From assembly GCA_030704615.1 (NCBI GenBank), contig CM060731.1, forward strand, positions 87,730,001 to 87,794,000: a DNA stretch of 64,000 nucleotides, read 5' to 3'. Made by a program: the position numbers and the translations under genes. The stretch comes from Takakia lepidozioides. Taxonomy: Eukaryota > Plantae > Bryophyta. Within the stretch, counting starts at the first letter, position 1; every line of letters starts with the position of its first letter. Positions 11,390-25,740 of the stretch are shown one piece after another. The notes under the pieces are model-generated. The model had not been told where the DNA came from. It ran no database searches and saw nothing but the letters and a program-made list of their open reading frames with translations.

Positions 11390-14300
11390 GAACCGAGACC
11401 AGTTGTATGTTGATCCCACTTGTTCTCTCATGGCCTCAGCTTGCAACTTAAGCTTAGCAAAATTGGCCATAGAGATGCCAGCAGCAAGAGAGACTGGGGC
11501 CAGGCTTACCTTGTAGGGGTTATCATCTTCACCATTATGCAGCCACATGACGTTGTCAAGAACGTTGATGCTGGCTTCCACCCCCTTCATCCAATCTAAC
11601 CCCAACAGGAACTGTTATCCCAATGTGACAATGCAAGTGAGAACCACAGTTTTCCCACTAACTCTGATGGGCATAGTGACTAAACCCAAGGGTTCATAGG
11701 CTGTACCATCAGCAATTGTCATTGTAAGGCCTATGACAGATTGTAATTTGAGGCCCAGGACACGTACCACACTCAGAGGAACTGTAGACATGGTGCAGCC
11801 AGTGTCAATGATGCAAGAAAAGGACAAGTGTCCCACATGACATTGTGTCATGAGAGGATGAACACAAACTTTGCGAACTGTTCAGAGAGCTTGAAATCTT
11901 GAGAGAGAACTGCACTTCCCATAGTCTGAGGGCTCCGGAGATGATCGTCTGGCACCCTCACAGATGACCATTTTTGTTTAAAGCCCCCTTCTCCTTCTTA
12001 AGTTGCTCAATTAGCGCTGGCAAGTCAGGCATGTAAGGGCACCGGCGAGTGTAGTGCTTAGTTGATTTACAGATCATGTAAGCAGGTAATGAGGCATTAT
12101 TCACATACCTTGAGCCTGTTTGGGTTCTGCCCCTAAAGCCTCCTTATTTGGGCTCCTGTTGGTTCTGATCAGAAGTAAGAGAACCCGAGGCCCTCCAGGT
12201 GACCTCACTTTTCATGGTCTGCAGCTGATCTTGCACATCACTATGAAATTGATGCAACTCACGAACCAACGTGGGCAATATCTGATCTGCAGTAGCTGTC
12301 ACTTCAAAATGCACATAAGCTAGATTAGTGTCCTGACTAGCAGCCAAAAAATGTGTAGCCTTGAGAGGGGAGGAGCTCATGCCAGCCTTGGCAGCCTTCA
12401 ATCTAAGCCGTTCTTCCAGTAAGCCTACCATCTCGTCTTCATGGTGATAATGTTGTTTTTGTAAGAAGACCCTTTAAATCCTTGATGAAGCAATGCTTCA
12501 GGATGGCTGATCGTTCAGACGGATCTTCCACTGCCTTACAGACTGCTCTACGAAGATCAGAGTAATACTTCCATATATTGTCACCAGGGGAGAAGGTTAG
12601 CTCAGGGACTGTATAAGCAATGGGTTTGACTTCCCGAAACAACCTATCTGCCAATTGTCGGGCCTCATCCCAAGTTAGCTCACCCTTCCCTTTGATGCTG
12701 GACTCAAAAATCTTTCTTATAGCCTCACCCTTCAAACACATACGAAAGGCTTTCACAATGAATCTCTGGGGCACCGAATTGATTTCTCTGCTCATGTCAA
12801 AAACTCAAGAAAAGATTCAAAGTCCTCACCCAAATTAAAATCTGGAAAGGGTTGTTTGTGCATCCTTTCAGCAGAATCAATGGGCTTGTTAACAGGCACC
12901 GCAGGAGCATTTTGATTAATCAACATTTTCATTAAAGGTGGACAATTAGATATGACACCCATCGAGAGCTGGCTCATGAGCAGCCTTATCATTTTCTACC
13001 CCTCCATGACCAGTAGATCCTTCACCATGAGAAGCTTCATTCCTATCAGCAACTAGCTCCCTCTCTCTTCTAGCTTCAAGCTCACTTAAGCCTACCATCT
13101 TCTCAACTTCTTTTTCCAGCATGGCCCTAGTGTAGACAGGCATGAGCAGGGGCCAACACCGCTTACCTCCTGTCCGCCGGAGCTTGAATGAAGTCCTCCC
13201 AGTTCGCCACACAGTGGCAGCTGATGTACCGCTGCTTGGGCCAGAGATAGACAGCCTCTCCCAATTGCTGCCACACTTCTCGCTCATTCTTGAGCCAAAA
13301 CGCGACTTTTACTACAGTGCGCACCCTTCTTTCCTTAATCACTAGAGTGTGCGGAGGATAGTCAGCCACATTGGCCAATTGAGACAACCCAACATGCTCT
13401 TGTTTGAAGGAGCGCCCAGGGAAAACAACAACGTCCGAAGGATGGTGATGAAAGCGCTGTTCCAGGACTCCCGCAACGATCTCTTCCCAGGTGGGTTCGG
13501 GTCCCACGGAGATAGCACTGTTCAGGCGAAGGTTGGCAAACACAAGAGCAGTACCTCCCTTGATAAACTCCCGCAGACGCAACGGACTAGGCTTGTGAGG
13601 GTAGGCAAAGCTTTCCAATTCAATGTGAACGTCTCTACTTACTGTGAACTGCGGGACGCCCACCTGTGGCCAGCTGAAGACTTCTCCAGCACGCAGCGCT
13701 CACGGAGTTCGGAAAAAAGGAGTTTGCCGCAATCTCTTCAGCATGCAGCACCTGCAGCAATTTCCTAGCCCAGGCACCCTGCAAAGCTTGTTCCACCTTA
13801 CGTTTATGTTCACGTTTCTAAGCAGCTGTAATGACTTCCTTGGCCGCTTCTTCTGCTGCCTCAGCTTCAAATTTCGCAATCCAGAAGTCTGAGGGTGTGT
13901 CCAACTGGATTTCCTTGCGTGGCCAAGGTTTGTTCTCGTCAAAAGAAGTGTATCTGCAGATATCTTCACTTAAACGCCCTCAACTCATGTAGAAAAGTCA
14001 GTTCAAAGTTGCGGTCAGGCGTGACTTCCTCAACGACAGGAATGGAATTAGAAGGAGACACCATAGCACACAACAAAGAGAAATGCAGCTAGCCTGAACA
14101 CGATACAGGAGAAAGCACAAAAACGAAAAACGAGAATCGCCCCCATTTCGCCTTCTGATGGTTGTACCTTATGCCCTTACAACACACCACCACTTGTAAT
14201 GATTAGCACATTCGTTCAAGGAAACGGATTAGTTGCCCCCCATCTCCACCAAGACTCCGGGCCGTATGGTTATTCCTCTCTATCCCGGGAAATTACCTGC

Positions 14301-14750
14301 ACTGGGGTTGTATGCCCTGTAGAGCAGAGCACACTAACCAGGATGGGATCTTTACCAACTTAACACACAGGGACACTTTTCATCCAAGTCCAAGTACACA
14401 GTATCACACACAATCCACAACAGTTCGTACACCAAGTGAGATCTAAAATCCACCACCTCTTGAGAGCCCAAGAGCCAGGTTTAAGTAGAAGTGCCAATCG
14501 ACTAATCACGAATACAGGTGTCCGCACTGCCATAGGCTGGTCAGATTACAGACTACTGGCATCACACATCAGTGGCCATGTAGGATAACCCTGATCTTAA
14601 ACTAGTTGTTAACTAAAAGACAACCTTAACTTAATATAGTCTAGCTGTACCAGCTCATCCTAGCGCAACAACGTCGCGATACATCCAGCTTCATCCGCAT
14701 ACCATTCATCCAAGCCCAAAAACAAGATGGTGAGGAATCCAGCCCTCACA
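11390..14750 (-). mobile_element. Ty3/gypsy 5' half: LTR (~14195-14750), extra ORF region, gag, zinc knuckle, protease
   Basis: CIIDTGCTM protease (11615-11851); CMICKSTKHYTRRC knuckle near 12040-12080; gag-like 12439-12992; TG..CA LTR followed by AGTGGTG PBS-like sequence. Confidence 0.8.
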
Positions 14751-14916
14751 TCCTTCTCATTAAAAAAAGAAAAAAAATATAATGCTACCCAGAACTGACA
14801 TATTTGATTGTTTCTAGAACTTTTCGTATATAAAGAACATCAAATCATTACAAGGATTTGTGTGGAAAAAATTCACATTTCGGATTTTATAATAGGATTG
14901 TTTTCATTGTCGAAAC

Positions 14917-15742
14917 CAGTGTTGAGCGGGTATACGATTTACCCGAATATAACCGCCGGGTATATCCAGGTAAGGTTACCCATATATATCCCGACTTGTA
15001 GGTTATGTTTACCCTTACCCAAGGGTATATTTTATGTTTCCCCCGGACACCCGGACTCTTATGAAGGGTAAATGCATCACCAGCATTTACCCGACCCATA
15101 GGGCGGGTAATATTTTTCTTGGAGGGTAATGGAATCCTGGTAATAGGCTTGTTGACCTATGTTCTTGTGCCCACAGCCTTCATTCCATTGCTCATTAAAT
15201 TGTATCTCAACTTGGACAGATCACAAATCCCAAAGCAATACCACTATGGAGGCATGTGCGGTTTTCTAGGCTGCTTAATTGCCGTGAAAATTCACCTATA
15301 TTTTGTTTCTATATTCTTGGGAATGAAACTTAGTTTTTTATTATGCTCAAGTTATATTTTGAAACATATTGAATCTTAATTTCTTACGGTTAAAATCTGA
15401 TTGGTTTATATTGGTTATGTTGCCAATTCATCTGAAATCCATAGGGAAATTGCCATTTACCCTATCCTTATCCTTCCTAAACTTATGTTTATCTGGCCGG
15501 TATACCAAATTACCCGGACCCGTTAAATAACCTTACCCTCGGGTTATATATTTTGAGGGTAGTACCCGGTTATACCCTAACCCGGTGTGTTCTACAAATG
15601 TGTATTACTCGGAGCTGACCCTTACTTTCCATTTCAAAAATAATAATACCCTAACCCGGCGGGTAAATCTTTTCTCAAATTTCAAGTTACCCTTACCCTG
15701 GTCCGAGAGGATAAATAAAAAATCAATACCCACTCAACACTG
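14917..15742. mobile_element. Non-autonomous hAT element (826 bp)
   Basis: TIR CAGTGTTGAGYGGGTA; perfect 8-bp TSD GTCGAAAC (14909-14916 / 15743-15750); subterminal TACCC/CCGG motifs. Confidence 0.95.
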
Positions 15743-16221
15743 GTCGAAACAGACACGTAGATAGATGATGAATGACAGTGAGCAGTTATGGTAATCGTAC
15801 AGGAGGATAGCTTGGCCCTCACCTTGAAGCAGGTGGCTGTTGGGGATGCAGCTGGTGGCAGTACTGCAGTATCAGATCCGGACGCTGCAGAGTTGACGTG
15901 GAGACATTTAATTCACTCACGACAGTGTGGGCCCTACTTGAACATACAAAGTCACACTTACGGCCACTTTACACTAGGAGTCGAGGCCAACAAATCTTGG
16001 GGTCGAGGGAGCCTATTTTTGAGTACTAATTGACCTTGGAGTGGCCTCAAGTAAGCATTAAAATATGTATTTCCTAGGGGCCAAGAGGCACTAGTGTAAA
16101 GGCTTTGGGGCCGAGTGGTAGAGCCGAGGCTTCATAATCACGTGTGAACCCCCCACGCAGCTCCCTCTTTCTATCCTCCACGGTGTGAGCTCCTCTCACC
16201 TCTTGCCCTAGTGCACTCACC

Positions 16222-17643
16222 ATGGATGCTCATAGGCACAAGACTTTGGTGGCACTTGTGTTCTTCATGGCAATCCGTCATGTGATGACTGTCGTTGTAG
16301 CTGCACAACAACTTGCCATTGGTCATCACCAGGCTGCAATGATGATGATGGCTGCCATGATTATTGAAGGGAATGGGCCAAGAGATCGAACTGTGTGGAT
16401 GTATGAGAGAGCTGTAGGTTTCATGGAGCGGCAACTCATGGGCAGTTATTCAGATAAGATGTCAAACAGCGAACCAGGTTGAATCCAAGTATTTTCACAT
16501 ATTTGTGTTCCATTGTTGCTCCATCTATGACCAAGACACATTCTCACATGTGAGCTTGCATTCCCTTAGAGACACGGGTAGCCATAACATTATCTAGATT
16601 AGGCAGTGGCAACACATTACAAATGTGTGGAGAGATTTATGGAGTGGCAGAAAGTACTGCATCTATCATTGTCAGAGATTTTTGTGCATCTGTCAGAAAA
16701 CATTTGAAGCACATAGTGTTTGAGAAACCTACTGGTCAAAGCATAAAGGGAATGGCAGCCGAGTTTGAAGCATTGCAGGGGATCCCATATATAATTGGAG
16801 CTGTGGACGGTAGCCATATACCAATTATTGCTCCTAAAGTTGATCCAACCTCCTACTACTGCCACAAAGGATTCTATTCAGCTCTACTGCAAGGGATAGT
16901 GGACTCTAAATGTAAATTCTGGGATTTCGACTTCGGGTGGGCTGGACATAGCCATGACTGGGCATTATTTCAACGAAGTGAAATTGGCAAAAGAGTGATG
17001 AGGGGTGCATTTCTACCTTACAAATTGATCGGTGATGCCGCATATCCAATGAGGCCCTGGTTTTACTCACCATTCAAAGGTGAGAAAGAGGGGTTGTCAA
17101 GAGCAAAAGCTCACTGGAATTTCATACAATCAAGCACAAGAATGGCAGTGGAAAGGACATTTGGGGTGCTTAAAGGACGTTGGAGAATTCTACTTAAAAG
17201 AGTCGATATGCCACTAAGGAATTTGCCGGATTTGGTCACTGCCACATTGTGTCTACACAACCTATGCATTATACACGGAGATACGTTTGATATGGAATGG
17301 GCAAAAGAGGCCGAGGAAATGATGCAAAGGGAAGCTAACCATGTACTTGGAGATTTGCGCCACACAGATATGTTTCATGTTGCTGAACAAGCAATTAAAA
17401 GAAATGAGAGCATTACAACACCTTAATATTGCATCTGAAATTGAGACAGGAACTGATGAAGGAGAAGAGGACGCAAGTGATGAAGACAATGAAGAGAGGC
17501 CAGAAACCAGGAGAGACAAAGAGACTAGGATCAGAAAATTACTGCACGAAGCAACTCAAGCTCATGAATTACTTGTAGAAACATTTTATGAAGTGAAATT
17601 GCGGAAAGAAGGCAAGGCCGTGTTTCCTGATGATAGTGACTGA
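16222..17643 (+). pseudogene. Harbinger DDE transposase (HARBI1-like), frameshifted
   Basis: IGAVDGSHIPI, GHSHD, LIGDAAYP, RMAVERTFGVLKGRW, CLHNLC; frameshifts near 16460 and 17400. Confidence 0.9.
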
Positions 17644-17703
17644 TCAAGCCTATCTCTATAGTTTGTCTATGAGTCTGTCCATTTGACGATCAACTCTTTC
17701 TAA

Positions 17704-18929
17704 TTAAGCATTTGTTTTCTCAAAATTCTTCACCATACTACTACTGTGTTCTACCATCTTTGAGAACATACCAATAGCTTGTTCGTGGAATGTCTTTTTG
17801 CCACTCTTGTGAGTAGACGGTAAGGTAGTCTCTGATGTAGGTTTGCTGTCCAAGAATTCAGTATTTCCTTCAGGTGTAGATGGCTGGTCAGATGATTCAT
17901 TTGCAGATGTTGTGACATGCTTCATGACTGTTCTTGCTTGATGCCACCACTGATCAATGGAGTCATAGAACTTGCATTCATGCCTACCCTCTCCAGATAT
18001 TCCGTTTGCCATTTTGTCAATTTTGTACTGTTTAAACAAGGTGTTGAATTTTTTCTTACATGCTTCGACTGTTTTTGTGAACCCTGGAACTGTTGCAACC
18101 ATTCTGGCATGTAGCTTCAGCCATATATCAACTCCTGAAGCAATAGAAAGCTTCGAAGTTAGAGAATAGAAAGCTTCTAAACTAGCATTGATAGACACAA
18201 AAATAGACATGAATATGGAACAGAGTCTCCTCGGTGGTTAGCCTGCATCTCTTCCCCACAAGGCTGTCACAAACTTCAACTGAATATGTAAGCAAGCATG
18301 TCAAACAAGGCAGCCGAGAAGCAAAAACAACAAATACCTTGTTTCTTGGCATTCTTCACAAACTCGGGTTCCATTTCACCTCGAAGTGCTATCAGTGCCT
18401 CCGCATCTGAATCTTTCCAGGCTTTTGAACCGGTAGAATCTGCATCTTCCTCGGAGTCCTCTTTCTTCAAAGCCTTCTTGGATTTGGTTGTCTTGGGTGC
18501 AGCTTTCTTGCGTGCAGATTGTCTCTTCGACGCTGCTACTTCTGGAATAATCTGCTCATCCTCATCTTGGGTGTCTACACCTATAGGCTCAGGGCAAGCT
18601 GCCTTCCTCTTGCATTTCAAATTCTCGCCAACTCCAAGGTCACTAATCAGACCAACGTCATCATCAATGCTTGGATTCAAAGGGGGCAGATTTGATCTTT
18701 GTGCAACAACAGGGCAAAATGACTGAAATGCGAGAGATCCCGCAGTAGACGCGATCCTCTCTTGCATGTCTGGAATCCCCTTAGTACTCCATACCGCATA
18801 TTGTGAGCTATCCCTTCTACCCGTGACAAACGAGAAGGCGAAGGAAGGGATGAAGTGCGGGAGACAAGAGACAGGAAGAGAGGGAAGAGAGCTTGACTTC
18901 ATTTGATCGTATGGTTGAGATGCAACCAA
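17704..18929 (-). CDS. Harbinger Myb/SANT-like DNA-binding protein (intron 18135-18337)
   Basis: WKDSDAEALIALR..|VDIWLKLHARM..ACKKKFNTLFKQYK..CKFYDSID; GT-AG intron. Confidence 0.8.
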
Positions 18930-20005
18930 AACAATTGTATTTTATTTGGGTGAGTGTTGGCCCCAAGGAGTGGTTGCCCCCCAAACCTTGAGGGTTGCTT
19001 TTTGCCCTTGGGGCCATGTCGGGGCCATGTCTGTGTAGAATAAAATATATTATTTCATTTTGGCCTCGACTCCTAGTGTAAAGCTCTTGGGGCCGGCCTT
19101 AAGCTCTTGACCAATAGGATCGCTCCATTCCCGACGGCCCTTGGCCTTGACTCCTAGTGTAAAGCGGGCCTTACATTATCACATCCAAGCAAGGACTGTC
19201 CCTCAAAAGATACTAGGAGGGCATCTACGGGGCAATAATAAGGCATTTAGTGATTAGCAGAATACAGAATATATAGTGCATTGTCAAAAGCATGATCTCA
19301 TCAATTAACAATTCCTTCCACGAGGTCGCTGTTGTCCCCTCCTCATTCGCTGAAGTGGGCCCCATTTTGTCCCAATTTGTCTACACTATGACCATTGAGG
19401 AAAGACATAGAGAGAGCAAGGTTGCTCATTGTTTTCTACAATTGTTACGGACATGTAGGAAGGCCTATCAGTTTGAGACTTAATTGTTGCTTGCATCGAT
19501 AAAAATGTATGAAACTAGTCATCATGGACGACCAAATGGTCCCCAATCCACAAGGGCTTCAATATTCACCAACTACAGGGTCCAAGTTATGCCAATGGGC
19601 TAAGTGCTGGCTGAATGGCTCATGGACATCATATAAATATGGTAGTATGAGTAAGCGCTCTTTAGATATGGATTACCTATTGAGAGTCGGTTCTAGACAG
19701 TGCCAGTGGATGGAGAAAGAAAGTAGGAATTAGTCTGGGGTGCTCAATCCATGAATCCATAACTACAGTTATGTTTTTTTCCTAAAAACCTTAGATCCCT
19801 TTCTAATCCATTTTATTGTCACCGAAAGTTTTTTTTTTTTAAACATTTAGAGTTACCCAACTAGTAGTAGATTAGCAATAAAGCAAAAGGTTTTTTTTTT
19901 TTTTTTTTTTTAAAGAAAAGAAAAGTTTGGAATCTATAAAATGGAGGATATGCGCGTGTGCATATAAAACAAGGATCCACTTCAAAATTAGCTTTGCGTT
20001 ATGTA

Positions 20006-20122
20006 TAGGGTAATGCCCCGAGTGGAGAGCATTACCAAATTTAAGGGCCTGACGCCGAGGGCGGTAGCCCGAGGGGAAGGCCCGAAAATCCGGTAATGCC
20101 CGACACGTGGGGCATTACCCTA
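20006..20122. repeat. Nested hairpin, probable transposon terminus or MITE
   Basis: TAGGGTAATGCCCC..GGGGCATTACCCTA enclosing two GGTAATGC..GCATTACC sub-hairpins and a central CCGAGGG-CGGTAG-CCCGAGGG. Confidence 0.6.
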
Positions 20123-20989
20123 CTTAAAGACCAAGGCTGATTTCTTTTTCTTTCCATCATTTCTTATCTTTCTGCCCGTGGCAAGTGGTGAACCTGGAAA
20201 AGATTTTGGATATAAAGATAAAGAAATATCGCATGTGTGCATTACACGCTCGTGTAATGCACACCTGCGACATGTGGCTCGCTTTATAACGAGCAGATAT
20301 TTGCAAAGAGAAATCAGCCGCAGTGCTTTACGATAGCCTTTTGTCACCATGCGTCCAATGCCGTTCAAGACAGTTCCCCCCGCCACTCCTCCTATCGCTA
20401 TAGAAGAGCCTCTCGCGATAGCAGACGTCCATGGACTTACGGCAGACAGAACGGCCCTGGTGTGCTGGGCTACACTCCCCATTCTTCTTCATCGCCTAGG
20501 AAAAGTATGGAAGCTTGGAGTGAGGGTCGCAGCTTCCTTGATCGAGGGGCAGCCTATTTTGCAGCTTGATATGGACTTGATTAAAAGCCACTCAAAGACC
20601 TTGTCGGAACAAGGCATCATGTGGGAGGGTGTGCAATCGAGTCAAGTTAGCCCGGATGAACATTCCCCGAAAACTATGTGGATGATGAGAAGGGTGGACC
20701 ATGCAACACTAGGCTCGTTGATGGTCACCCGAGCCCATTACCCCCGAAAATGGGAGGAACTCCTCGAGACATGCGTCGTCTTCATCAACCCAAACGACCT
20801 CACAATCCCATTGCAATGCATATCAATGATGAGGAGTAAATCATAAATTTGAAGGAATAGGCTAATAGTGGTATACAATTTTAGACGTATTGAACATTTG
20901 TTTGCTGGTGTGATGTAATTTTCGCCAATTATTATTATTATTATTATTATTTTTCCTTCCAAACTTTTTCTGTGTGTGGTTTATATCTA

Positions 20990-21545
20990 CAGTCATTGTG
21001 TGATGAAGTTGTAGGTGGAATGATATTAGTTGAGAGGGTGAACACATTATTCGGCATTCCAATCATTTGTTCTTCATTCCAAACTATCTATGCGTCTAAT
21101 TATTCATCGCGGAGCTATGACCAAGTATGAGGTGCAACGAAGTTAGTTCAGAGGGTGAACGTGCCATATTTTGCCATTCAAATAAGTTTTCATTTCTTCT
21201 CAACGTTCTAAGTGTGTTTATGTACTATGTAGTTCATACCTATGATCTATCGCCATTGTGTGATAAAGTTGTAGATGCAATGAAATTAGTTGAGGTGGTG
21301 CACGCATTGTTTGACATTCAAATCATGTATTCTTCATTCCAAACTATGTTTCTGTCGACTTCAGACATATTGTTATGTTGTGATGAAGTTGTGGATACAA
21401 AGCAATTAGTTCATAGGGTGAACACAACGTTTGTCATTCAAATAAATTCATCGTCATTCGAAACTTTCTATGTGTGTAGTTCATGCCTGTCACTATACTA
21501 TGATCAAGTAAGAGCTGCAACGAAATTTGTTGAAATGGTGAATTT
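20990..21545 (+). repeat. Array C: degenerate ~120-bp tandem repeat 3' of the minus-strand hAT
   Basis: TGATRAAGTT-like anchors at 21001, 21261, 21381, 21501. Confidence 0.7.
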
Positions 21546-22148
21546 TAGTCCCCTACAATTGTAATATCCTTTATTACCAGTACCACACCCAACATACCAC
21601 CGTATCTTCATATACTCAAAAATTACTATACGAAATATCCCAAGACCTACGCACTCAATTGTTTTTGGTTCTACGACGGGATGACAATGGGCCCAATCTG
21701 GACGCTCCCACCGGGTTGAAATATGAGTCCCCTTTTACTTCACCACCATTGTACCATGATCAGTATTGTAATCATCATCGGTATCAGTACTTTCATTTGG
21801 CCTTTGAATGTACAACCGACCTCGTATCACAACGATTTGTCTTGTGGCCGTGTCCCGGTGCAATCTACAATTCCATCTATAGTATATGGCCCGTGGGTAT
21901 TACAATCGCCCACAAATGGTTATACTGTTGTCATCCGTTTTTCAGTTTGGGGAGGATTCGAGGATGGCCTCAAAGCAGGGCGAACAACACGGGGATGTGC
22001 TTGTGAGGGGCTCGCATGAGAGGAATGACAGTTCATGTGAGCAGCCCGTCGATTCAGATGTCCAGAATAGCAGAATTCAGCTGGTTCTACTTCGGATTTC
22101 CCTTCAACTGACGCAAGATGCAGTCGTGCGTCCGGGATGTCCGTCGTG

Positions 22149-23400
22149 TTATTTGTCATGATTTGTTCCACTGTTGGGGTGACAACTGCATTTTGGGACT
22201 GTGGGGTGTGGTGTTGTTGAGTCTGTACTAGGCCCCACTTCCTGTGTTGGCTCATGGTAAGTATGTTCAGAGCGACGCATGTATCCTTTGTACAATTGAA
22301 AGTTGGTCGTCAGTAGGAGCAGATTCACACCTATTCTGGACGTTTGTCGGTCGATGAGAGCAATCTTCCAATGCATGGTCCGGACCAAGCACCGCTGATG
22401 AAGGGCCCACAGTATCACACATAGGTGGCAAATGTGTGGTGGCAAGCAGCTCGTCAAGGTTTGGTGGGCTTGCGGCCCTAGACTCAGTATCTCAAATGTA
22501 TCGTACGCACCGTACCCGCCATCATCATGCCCATCAAAGCTGTCGGAGGTAGAAGAGTCATTTTGATTGTCGCTCTTAGATGTTGCATCGGAAGCAGAAT
22601 CTTCGGATTGCAAGTTTATTTCATACCATGCCGCAACATCATCCGGTGCGCACTCACATAATAGCCGGAAATTGGTGTATACATACACCAATTTGTCAGC
22701 CCTCTTTGGCTGCAACCTGTTACGGACTTTGTTGTGAACAAACGAATAACTGCTCCAATTGCACTTGCAAGACGAGGCGGAACACACTGATGCAATAATA
22801 CGTTTGGCAATGGGGGCCAATGTTCGTGCTCCGGCTCCAATAAGATCCCACCATTCATGTGGAAGCATGTCCAAGTCCTTTGGATCCGGCTTTGGCATCG
22901 GCATCGTCTCTCAGCATGGTGTTCTCCAACAAAAATGGATTGAGTAGTGCCCCAGCATAATGCAAGTCCATGACCATCATAGATTGTCGTGGAAAAAAAC
23001 ATCTTCAACTTTGTCTGTCAATTCCTCTTCTTAGGAGAATGGCGGATGTCTCAAAGAGAGGACATGGCTCTCAAGGTTCTTCATTAGCAACCATGCCTTC
23101 CCCATGATTGGTTGTTTTCCATTGAACTCCGGCAACACAATGAATATTTGTGAGATTGCACATGGCTTCCTCCAGCAATCATGTGCGCAAAGAGTGATGA
23201 GAGGGGGGGTGTGTAAGTGCATTTGGACTCCGAGGTGGCTCTGATAGCATAAACAAATGTTGGAATTCTCGCCACATTGATCTCATAGAAAAATGCGGCT
23301 CATTTCTTATCCTTCACAGACACGTTCATGCCATCGTGGATAAACTGTTGCGACAACCATCTACCCCATTGAGATGGTCTTGCATGATCTAGTGGATTGC
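22149..23400 (-). pseudogene. Degenerate hAT transposase, close paralog of 43185-45130
   Basis: LPHEWWDLIGAG, SASSCKCNWSSYSFVHNKVRNRL, KLVYVYTN, GKQPIMGKAW. Confidence 0.9.
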
Positions 23401-24830
23401 CTTATCGCCCTCTTGTCCACGGACATTGGAAGCCTCAGAAGAGCCCCCTTGGGTATAACTTAACGGGGTGTCTTGATGTGCACAGGGAGTGCTACTGTTT
23501 GGCACCAATCGATATAAAAAAAAGTTAGACTTCTGTCCACTGCCAAGGACTTTTGGTCCTCAAAGCTGAACGCCTTTGAAGTGACACGACTATTTGACCT
23601 TGATCTCCTAATAAAGGCTGAAGATTATCCTAGAAACAAAATTTAATCTAGTTCTCTGGTCAACACATGCACATGCATGATGGAGAACTTTGTGCATACC
23701 CACACAACACTGGTGCCTTTCCATCTATACCCACTCACTCACCCATTATATTGATAGGTGCACACACCATTTACACCAATTCGACATAATCAAGTAGTGG
23801 GCAGCGAAAGTTATGGTTTGCAATTTCAAACCCTCCACCCACTATTTCCTACCAACCACCGTGATTTCTAAATATTGTCCATCCAAGATAAGTTGGTGAA
23901 GGAAAGGCACCCTTGGTTCACCTAAGTTGCCAAATGTCATGCTCAACATACTTTTGCTTACTTCCAGTTGGGGGAGAATAGGTGAGATACCCTTATAGAC
24001 TAGACAGCATCAGCACAGCCACTACACTAGTATCGTGGTGGAAGTAGGCACATTTATCCAAGCATTTTTATCAAATAAATTGCAAAGAGTGAGGTGCCTG
24101 GTGGCGCAATGTAGCTCCGCAAGTTGCGATGAGTGAGAGATGTCGAGACAACGGTAACCTCTGCTCGGTGATCAACCTGTGAGACAGCTCCCATGTTACA
24201 TATGCCTTATCAATGTCAGGATCTTCAGCCCAATCCTCCTTCGATCAAAACATATTGTCTCATCCCAAAAAATGAGCTGTTCTGAGGAAGATCTCCTTTC
24301 ATGTTAACTCAGTCATCCCCTCATCTTCATTAAGCTTGCAAAAGACCCCTACTGGTTTCCATCTACCTTCATCATGATGCTCTTATCAAGAAACTCCTAA
24401 GCTTCATTGCGCCCCCAGGCTCATTGTTATGACATGGCGGCCACGCTGTTACGATCACCCAATTAAGGCTGGAGGGATAGTCCGCCGCCTTTTTGCCCCA
24501 TTCATCCTTCCACCACCTTTTGCCTACTCTTCAGTGTGTTCAAACCCAAGCTTTCTCCTCCAGCCTGCTTCGTGATCCCCCAAGGAACTGTTGCTCTAAT
24601 TCCCACACTTAGTTGAGTGAAAAAAAGAGATTTGTGTTCAGTTGGGTCCTAATTTCTAGATTAGAAGTAGCAGAGGCAACCCGAGGAGCCGCATCGATCA
24701 CCGCTCTATTCTGCAAGCGCCCCTGGATGCTTGACAGATAAGGCAATCAGGCGATGCCTTCTTCCTGGCCCACCCGGCACAGGCCACTGGCCGGAGGGAT
24801 GGCTCACGAGCCCCTGCAACGGCCTCGTCT

Positions 24831-25230
24831 ATGGACCGCAGTGATCCCCCTCAAGCACACACCGCCTCTAGTTTCCCAAATGATTCCGATGCAGCATTCT
24901 CAGAAAAAGGTGACCCGGACAATTGTCAAACAGAAATGGAAGAGGCAGCACTTTCTATTTCAATTGATTTTGCAAGTTTGCATGCCAAAGTGGCGGTTTG
25001 TCAGGAACGTGGAATACTCCTGCACTTCCAAGGAAAAAAGCAGGAAAGATCCTTTGTGAGGGAATGGGTGATCTTGCACCTAGGAGGCTCTGGCGATCTT
25101 CAGCAGCACTTTTGCCATGCCAAAGGCCGGGGCTTCATGTTTGAATCGAAGGTTGCAGCTGAGCAGGCTCTTGCTTTTAATCCTCACCGTCTGGGTCTCA
25201 ACGTAAACATCTTCCCCTAGTCTCCTAAGA
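24831..25230 (+). mobile_element. LINE (L1-type) ORF1 remnant, cut by an LTR
   Basis: GILLHFQG..FVREWV..GRGFMFES..ALAFNP resembles the plant L1 ORF1 RRM-like (DUF4283) region. Confidence 0.5.
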
Positions 25231-25700
25231 TGTAGAATAATAGGAATTTCTGACTCAGTTACAATTTTAAAACTTTTTAATGTCTTTTTCCATTGATATA
25301 CTCTGCGATACCTTCGATATTGCTGTGATAGAGCAGTGTTCCTCGATATCTTGTATGCAGCTGATAGTCTATCTTTGATTGGATGATAGAAGAAATGGAT
25401 GAATGATTTTTAAGGATGGATAGAAGAGGTTGAGCGGTTATTAAAGTTGTTGGAGCACTTTGCTATATATTGCATTCATGTGAAGCAGACGGCGTCAGTT
25501 GAGCCAGAGAGCCGTGACCAAGGAGAGTAGAGTGAGTAGGAGTTAGAATATAGAGTTATTCCTCAATGGTAGATTAAGTATTGTATTCTTGTGATGTTGT
25601 GTTTGTAATGAATAGAAGAGAAAAAATGAGAAAAATGAAGTTCAACTCACTTTGTGTTTGTGTGAAGAATGGAATGATGAAATGAGAATTTGATTCTACA
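25231..25700. mobile_element. LTR-like sequence (470 bp)
   Basis: Terminal inverted repeat TGTAGAAT..ATTCTACA; TATA-like at ~25464; no TSD found. Confidence 0.6.
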
Positions 25701-25740
25701 TGTAATGGTTGAAGAATTATAATCATGTGAGATAGTGAGA

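Larger units (their letters stand above)
15961..19170 (+). mobile_element. Full-length PIF/Harbinger transposon
   Basis: 30-bp TIR (..CTTTACACTAGGAGTCRAGGCCAA, 4 mismatches), TTA TSD, convergent DDE and Myb/SANT genes. Confidence 0.95.
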
